A DNA stretch of 64,000 nucleotides from an uncultured Chloroflexia bacterium (GTDB taxonomy: Bacteria > Chloroflexota > Anaerolineae > JAAYZQ01), in the NCBI GenBank assembly GCA_963700285.1, contig CAVOXA010000014.1, forward strand, positions 256,001-320,000. Direction: 5' to 3'. Numbering within the stretch: position 1 is the first letter of the stretch; each line of letters starts with the position of its first letter. The translations under genes were made by a program, and so were the position numbers. Below, one piece after another: positions 58,324 to 64,000 of this stretch. A model generated the notes under the pieces. The model ran no database searches. It was given only the letters and a program-made list of their open reading frames with translations, and had not been told where the DNA came from.

Positions 58324-60240
58324 TTGAAATCACTTGAGCGCTTGGCAGTGGTCATTGTGGTCGTCTTTTGGGTGCTGTTCGGGGCCTTCCCGACGGCGAC
58401 GCGGGCAGAGGACGAGACACAGATGCAGCTCGTCGGGGTGGAACAGGGTGAGATGTGGCATTCCATCCGCCATCCCGACGGTTGGGATACGTTTGGTGAC
58501 GTCGAGAGGGTAACGGGGGAGACGAGCAGGTTCTCGGCCGTAGCAGTTGCGTCGGTAGGGAACGAGCTGCACCTTGTGGGGGGCACGAGTGACGGCCGGC
58601 TATGGCACACGATTCGCCATGCCAACGGCAAGTGGGACCCACTCAGAGATATAGAGAGTCAGACTGGCGCGGTTCCCACCCTTACGGCACTGGCTGCTGC
58701 TGAAGTGGATGGCAAGCTGCACGTTGTCGGAGTTGGTGCTGGGGGCATGTGGCATACCATTCGGGGATCCACTAGCTGGCAACCGTTCAGCAATGTAGAG
58801 AGTGGCGCCGGGGAACGCGGCGACTTTGATACGGTGGCCGTCGCAGCGGTAGGCAACAAGCTGCATGTTGCGGGTGGGACGATGGATGGCCGGCTGTACC
58901 ACACCATCGGTTCTGCGTCCAGTTGGCAGAGCTTCAAGGACGTTGAGGCCCAGGCGGGGGATCGGGGAAGTTACTCGAGCCTCTCAGCGGCGTCAGTAGC
59001 CAACGAACTGCACCTTGTCGGCGTGGCCGCCGACGGGCGTCTGTGGCACACAATCCGGCACGCCGCCAGTTGGCAGCTTTTCCTCGACGTTGAGGCCCAG
59101 GCGGGCGATCAGGGTACATTCCGGACGGTGGCCGCAGCCTCGGTGGCGGATGAGTTGCACCTGGTGGGTGGCACGAACGACGGGCGGGTGTGGCACACCA
59201 TCCGCCATCCAGCCAGTTGGGATGCCTTTGGCGATGTTGAGGCCAAAGCCGGAGATGTCGTGCACATACGTGCCTCGGCCGCGGCCTCTGTCTCCAATGA
59301 GCTGCAGTTCGTAGCTGTGGGGGAGGGAAGTCTCTGGCATACGATCCAGCACTCCACCAGTTGGGATCCTTTCCAGGACGTCGAGGGCCTGACGGAACAA
59401 GGTGGACATTTCGCGACAGTGGCACTGGCTACCGTGGCCAATGAGCTGCACCTGGTCGGGGGGACGAGTGGGGGGCGACTGTGGCACACGATCCGTCGCG
59501 AGAACGGTTCGTGGCACCGGCTGCAAGACGTCGAGGCCCAGACCGGGGCCGTTGCTACCCTGACCGACATTGCTGCCGCTGAGGTGGCAGGGGAGCTGCA
59601 CGTGGTCGGCGTCGGCTCTGGGGGCATGTGGCATACCATACGCCATGCGGCGAGTTGGCAGAGCTTTTTTGATGTCGAGGCCCAGGCGGGCGAGCGTGGT
59701 GATTTTGAGACGGTGGCTGTGGCTGCTGTCGCCGGCGAACTGCACGTGATCGGTGGGACCAGCGATGGCCGGCTGTATCACACCATACGCGGGGCCAGTA
59801 GTTGGCAGGAGTTCGGCGACGTCGAGGCCCAAGCGGGGGAGCGCGGGGTGTACCTGGACCTGGCGGCTGCCTCGGTGGCGGATGAACTGCACTTTGTCGG
59901 TGCCACAAAGGATGGCAGGCTGTGGCATACGATCCGTCGCGAAGGTGGTTGGGATACCCTCAAGGACGTCGAGGCTCAGGCGGGGGATAAGGGTAGCTTC
60001 TGGGCCGTGGCGGCCGCTTCTGTCGAGGGTGAACTTCAGGTCGTAGGTTCGACGGCGGCTGGCCGGCTGTGGCACACGATCCGCCATCCCACAAGCTGGC
60101 AGACCTTTCAGCACGTGGAAGTGCACGCCGGAGACCATTCTTTCCTGTCGGACATGGCTGCGGCTGCAACGACAGCCATGGGTTTCGACTACGGCGCATA
60201 TCTGCCGATTATGATCAGATCACCGGATCTGGCGCCATGA
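58324..60240 (+). CDS. secreted protein with twelve ~49-aa Trp/His repeats (probable double beta-propeller, lectin-like) and C-terminal AYLPIMIR motif
   Basis: Signal peptide; 12 copies of ELHxVGxxxxGRLWHTIR...WxxFxDVE; TTG after GGAGGAAGG. Confidence 0.82.
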   Translation: MKSLERLAVVIVVVFWVLFGAFPTATRAEDETQMQLVGVEQGEMWHSIRHPDGWDTFGDVERVTGETSRFSAVAVASVGNELHLVGGTSDGRLWHTIRHANGKWDPLRDIESQTGAVPTLTALAAAEVDGKLHVVGVGAGGMWHTIRGSTSWQPFSNVESGAGERGDFDTVAVAAVGNKLHVAGGTMDGRLYHTIGSASSWQSFKDVEAQAGDRGSYSSLSAASVANELHLVGVAADGRLWHTIRHAASWQLFLDVEAQAGDQGTFRTVAAASVADELHLVGGTNDGRVWHTIRHPASWDAFGDVEAKAGDVVHIRASAAASVSNELQFVAVGEGSLWHTIQHSTSWDPFQDVEGLTEQGGHFATVALATVANELHLVGGTSGGRLWHTIRRENGSWHRLQDVEAQTGAVATLTDIAAAEVAGELHVVGVGSGGMWHTIRHAASWQSFFDVEAQAGERGDFETVAVAAVAGELHVIGGTSDGRLYHTIRGASSWQEFGDVEAQAGERGVYLDLAAASVADELHFVGATKDGRLWHTIRREGGWDTLKDVEAQAGDKGSFWAVAAASVEGELQVVGSTAAGRLWHTIRHPTSWQTFQHVEVHAGDHSFLSDMAAAATTAMGFDYGAYLPIMIRSPDLAP

Positions 60241-60631
60241 CCTCGCCGGGCTGAACAAAGAACGGCACAGCCCCGCCGGTTCGGTGCTGGGAGATCCTAT
60301 CTCTTGGATCCAGGGGCTCAGGGTGACAGAACGAGAAGCGCAGTGAGCAACCTGACGCTGGCCCGTCCCGTGATCGGCCTGCTGCTGGTGGCGTGCGACA
60401 GGGGGGACGGCGGAGAGGCACCCATCTCGGTGGCGCCCACAGACCCGCCCGCACCGACGCAGGCGGAGGTAGCAGCGCCCACCCATGTTCCTGCGCAGCC
60501 AATGGCGAAGGCGCCGCCTCCGGCCGGGCCTGCCCATCCGACGCCTTCCCCGCCACTCGCACCCGTGGTTTCGCTGGGTGAGATACGCCTGCCCGCTGGT
60601 TCGATCCAGGGGTATTCATCAGGCACGACCC

Positions 60632-60683
60632 TTGACAGCGACGACAGTTCGTGGTATCATGCGCTTGTCTACACAAGTAGACA
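60632..60683 (+). promoter_or_regulatory. promoter TTGACA-17-TATCAT with overlapping GntR/HutC-type palindromes
   Basis: CTTGT-CTAC-ACAAG (60664-60677) and TGTCTAC-ACAA-GTAGACA (60666-60683). Confidence 0.72.
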
Positions 60684-60693
60684 GGTACCGCCT

Positions 60694-61434
60694 ATGAAAC
60701 CAATCGACAAGTCAAATCCCATACCCTATTACCTGCAGCTTGCAGAGATGCTGCGGGAGGAGATCGGCGCCGAGCAGTCTCCCGGCATGCCCTACCAGCT
60801 CCCCTCAGAGAACGAACTGGCCTCACTGCAGGGCATCACGCGGGCCACCGTCCGCCGCGCCCTGGACGTGCTGGAGCGGGACGGCTGGATCTACCGGGAG
60901 AAGGGCGTCGGTTCTTTTGCCGCGGTCCGCCGGGTTGAGCACGAGCTGACTCAGTTGGTGTCAACCACCCAGGATATGCGCGAGCGCGGCTGGTCGCTGA
61001 CCACCAGGCTGGTTTCCCTGAAACAGGTGCCGGCTTCGCCTCAAGTCGCCAACGCACTTGAGATTCCAGAGGGAGCCCCATGCCACAAGTTATGTCGCCT
61101 TCGTTTGGTCGACGGCGAGCCCATCAGCGTCCAGACGCCCTACCTGGCGGTGGCGCTGTGCCCGGACCTGGCGGATCATGACCTGACCAGCTCCCTGTAC
61201 CGGCTGCTGGAGACCCGCTACGGGCTGCGCCTGTGGACGGGTAGGGAGATCCTACGGGCGCGGTGCGCACTGTCCCACGAGGAGGAACTGCTGGGGCTGG
61301 AGACCTGCGCGGCCGTCATGTACATGGAGCGCGTGACCTACGCCGCCAGCGGTCAGGCGGTCGAATACCTGGAAGCTGTGTGGCGCGGGGACCGCTATGA
61401 TTTCACCGTATCCCTTTCGCGACCCCAGACATAA
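60694..61434 (+). CDS. GntR family (HutC/UTRA) transcriptional regulator
   Basis: IPYYLQL, LPSENELA, RATVRRAL, GVGSF, UTRA domain ending RGDRYDF. Confidence 0.92.
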   Translation: MKPIDKSNPIPYYLQLAEMLREEIGAEQSPGMPYQLPSENELASLQGITRATVRRALDVLERDGWIYREKGVGSFAAVRRVEHELTQLVSTTQDMRERGWSLTTRLVSLKQVPASPQVANALEIPEGAPCHKLCRLRLVDGEPISVQTPYLAVALCPDLADHDLTSSLYRLLETRYGLRLWTGREILRARCALSHEEELLGLETCAAVMYMERVTYAASGQAVEYLEAVWRGDRYDFTVSLSRPQT

Positions 61435-61446
61435 GGAGGAAGAAAG

Positions 61447-62434
61447 ATGGCAAGAGAACTACGCTTTTCGGCGAACATCAATACCTTCAACGCCTGCGCC
61501 GACCGCTACGTCCTTTCGGGCTATGGCGAGCGGCTGACCAGCGAGGAGCTGATCGAGGCCGCCACGCAGGTCGAGGGGCTCACGGGCGTCGAGGTGGTCG
61601 GCTTCTGGCACGTCAACGACGACAACGTCGACCAGGTCCACCGCCAGATCAAGGACGCCGGCCTGGAGGTGACCTGCGTCACGCCCGACATCTGGGCCTC
61701 GGGCAAGTGGGGCTGGGGCTCGTTCTCGGCCAACGACCCCCAGATCCGCCGCGACGCCATCCACGAGGTCAAAAAGTCGATGGAGTGGGCCAAGCAGATG
61801 GACTGCGAGGTCGTGGACCTGTGGTTCGGCCAGGATGGCTACGACTATCCGCTCCAGGCCGACTATCTGGCCGCCTGGGACCGCATCATCGAGGGCACCA
61901 TCGAGTGCGCCGAGCACCTGCCCGAGGTCAAGCTGGTCATCGAGTACAAACCCAAGGAGCCGCGCACCCACTGCTTTCATCGGCACCGTGGGCAAGACCC
62001 TGCTGCTGGTCGAAAAGGTGAACAAGCCCAACGTGGGGGCCATGATCGACGTCGGCCACGCGCTGATGGCCTACGAAACCGCCGCCGAATCGGCCGCGCA
62101 TGCTGCAGTACTTTGGACAACAAGCTCTTCTACATGCACTTTAACGACAACTGGCGGCATGTGGGACGACGACATGACCGTCGGCTCGGTCCACACCGTC
62201 GAGATGCTGGAGCTGCTCTACTGGCTGGACCGGATGGACTACGACGGCTGGTACGCGCTGGACATCTTTCCCTATCGCGAGAACGGCGTCCGGGCCGCCA
62301 CCGAGAGCATCCGCTGGATCCAGGGGCTGCACGGACTGCTGGACAAGATTGGGCGCGAGCGCATCGGCGAGGTCGTGGCCAGCGGCGACGCGATGGAGGC
62401 TTCGGCCATGGTGCGGGAGGCACTGTTGGGGTAG
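61447..62434 (+). CDS. xylose-isomerase-superfamily sugar isomerase (D-apiose isomerase ApsI-like), several +1 frameshifts
   Basis: DRY..GYG, WFGQDGYDYP, EYKPKEPR, DVGHAL, HFNDN..WDDD, LDIFPYRE across two ORFs. Confidence 0.75.
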
Positions 62435-62437
62435 GGC

Positions 62438-62567
62438 CGTGGTACGTGGTACGTATTGTATGGTGCGTGTTGCGTGGTGCGTAGTGCGTACGGTTTTACA
62501 CCGGTCACGTAACACGCAGTACATTTCACCCATCACCTGTCACACAGCACGACTCACAATTCACGAA
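62438..62567. repeat. heptamer tandem repeats arranged as two inverted blocks
   Basis: About seven CGTGGTG-like units (62438-62490), then nine TCACNNN-like units (62505-62567). Confidence 0.75.
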
Positions 62568-62598
62568 TTACTTTGGACACCTGACACTGGAGGTCACA

Positions 62599-63946
62599 AT
62601 GGCAAAAGAACTGTACGATCCGCACATGTTCAACTATATGTGGGAGAGCCTGGACCAGGACCGCTTCGTCGTCGGCACCTACTATATCGAGGACAACAAG
62701 CCCGAGTGGGACTTCATCGACCACCTGGCCCAGGTCCAGAGGCTGGCCTTCGAAGGGTCCACAGCCAGCTGGATGGAGGTCAAGGAAGAGACACCCGAGG
62801 TGCGCGAGCGCTTGAGCAGCAAGGTGCTGGGCTACTATGAGATCCCGGCCCCCAAGGGCACAAAAAAGGCCATCGTCCAACTGGCCTTTCCCATCGCCGC
62901 CTGGGAAGCGAATGTCAACCTGCCCATGCTGCTCCTTTCCATCTCGGGCAACATCTTTGCCTTCTGCGACAAGGTGCGCCTGATGGACGTGTACATCCCC
63001 AAGTCGGTGGCAGCCAAGTTCAATGGACCCAAGTTCGGCATCGAGGGCATGCGCGACCTGTTGAATGTCCACGACCGTCCGCTGTGTTTGCAGATCATCA
63101 AGCCCAAGATGGGCATGACGCCCGAGGAGACGGCGGCCCAGGTCTACCAGAGCGCGCTGGGCGGCGCCGACCTGTGCAAGGACGACGAGATGTGCAGCGA
63201 GCTGGACAATTGCTCCTTCGATGACCGGCTCGAGGCGGTGCTGAAGGCGCTGGACAAGGCCGAACAGGAGACCGGGCGAAAAGACGATCTACCTGGTCAG
63301 CATCACCGACGAGTCCAACCGGGTGCACGCCAAGGCGCTGCGCGCCGTTCGGGCAGGGGCAACCGGGCTGCTGCTGGCCTATTCCGCCGGACTGTCGACC
63401 CTGAAGGAGCTGGCCGACGATCCCGAGATCAACGTGCCCATCATGCTGCACCCATCGCACATGCTGGGCATGATCGAGACCTTTAGCTGGGTGACGCTGT
63501 CCAAGCTGTGCCGTCTGAGCGGAGCCGATCTGATGCTGTCGCCCTCTCTGTGGTCCAGCCTTCAGACCTGTTCCATCGAGGAAGAACTGCGAACCTCGCA
63601 GACGCTGCGCGCGCCGTTCCACAACATCAAGCGCACCTGGCCCATGCCATCGGCGGGCATGTATCCCGGCCTGGCTGACGTGCTGATCCAGGAGCATGGC
63701 ATCGACTTTATCGTGCCGGCAGGCGGCGGCATGCTGGGTCATCCCATGGGCTACAAGGCCGGGGCCATGGCCTGGCGGCAGGCCTTCGACGCCGTGCTGT
63801 CGGGCATGACCCTGCAGGAGGCCGCGCAGCAGTACCCCGAGTTCCGCGCCGCGGCCGAAACGTGGGGCATCCGCGAGCGACCCAAGACGCCATGGTCCTA
63901 CCACAGCCCGGACTTCCACCCCAAGTTTGCGGCCAAAAATCTGTAA
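62599..63946 (+). CDS. RuBisCO-like protein (form IV RLP), +1 frameshift near 63280
   Basis: GPKFGIEG, IIKPKMG, GGADLCKDDE, MLHP, PSAGMYPG, GGGMLGHPMG. Confidence 0.9.
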
Positions 63947-64000
63947 TTGGGCTTAGGTGGGCTGGGAACTCGGGCAACCCACGCCAGCAGGCGGGCCACA

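Noticed and set aside
62599-63946. True RuBisCO / carbon fixation
   Set aside because: Loop-6 lysine is missing, and no small subunit or phosphoribulokinase is seen.

Overview
GC-rich bacterial chromosome segment, most likely Chloroflexota (Anaerolineae-like). This is inferred from C-terminal xYLP(L/I)xxR motifs, a VEK-repeat ABC lipoprotein and short heptamer/octamer intergenic repeats. No rRNA, tRNA, CRISPR array, integrase or transposase was seen. In order: a frameshifted M14 carboxypeptidase, thyA, a deaminase and a broken TA pair; then a ~24 kb sugar-catabolic region (3.7-27.3 kb) with a LacI regulator fused to a degenerate UroD/MtaA-like barrel behind four stacked operator-like sites, an ABC transporter, DeoM-like mutarotase, FGGY kinase, an AKR/lactonase/Zn-dehydrogenase trio, FucI and UxaA. 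Next come a second TA pair with an internally deleted toxin, three small genes each bracketed by its own inverted repeat, and a two-permease heavy-metal-type RND operon with a ~330 bp foldback upstream. A surface-protein cluster follows: a 4,486-aa LamG/FN3-repeat metallophosphoesterase, a Gly-rich tailspike-like partner sharing a two-domain module with it, a standalone phosphoesterase paralog and a 12-repeat propeller. The window ends with a GntR / sugar isomerase / RuBisCO-like protein operon. Many single-base frameshifts look like long-read consensus errors rather than true pseudogenes. All family calls are from motif recognition by eye, not database searches.
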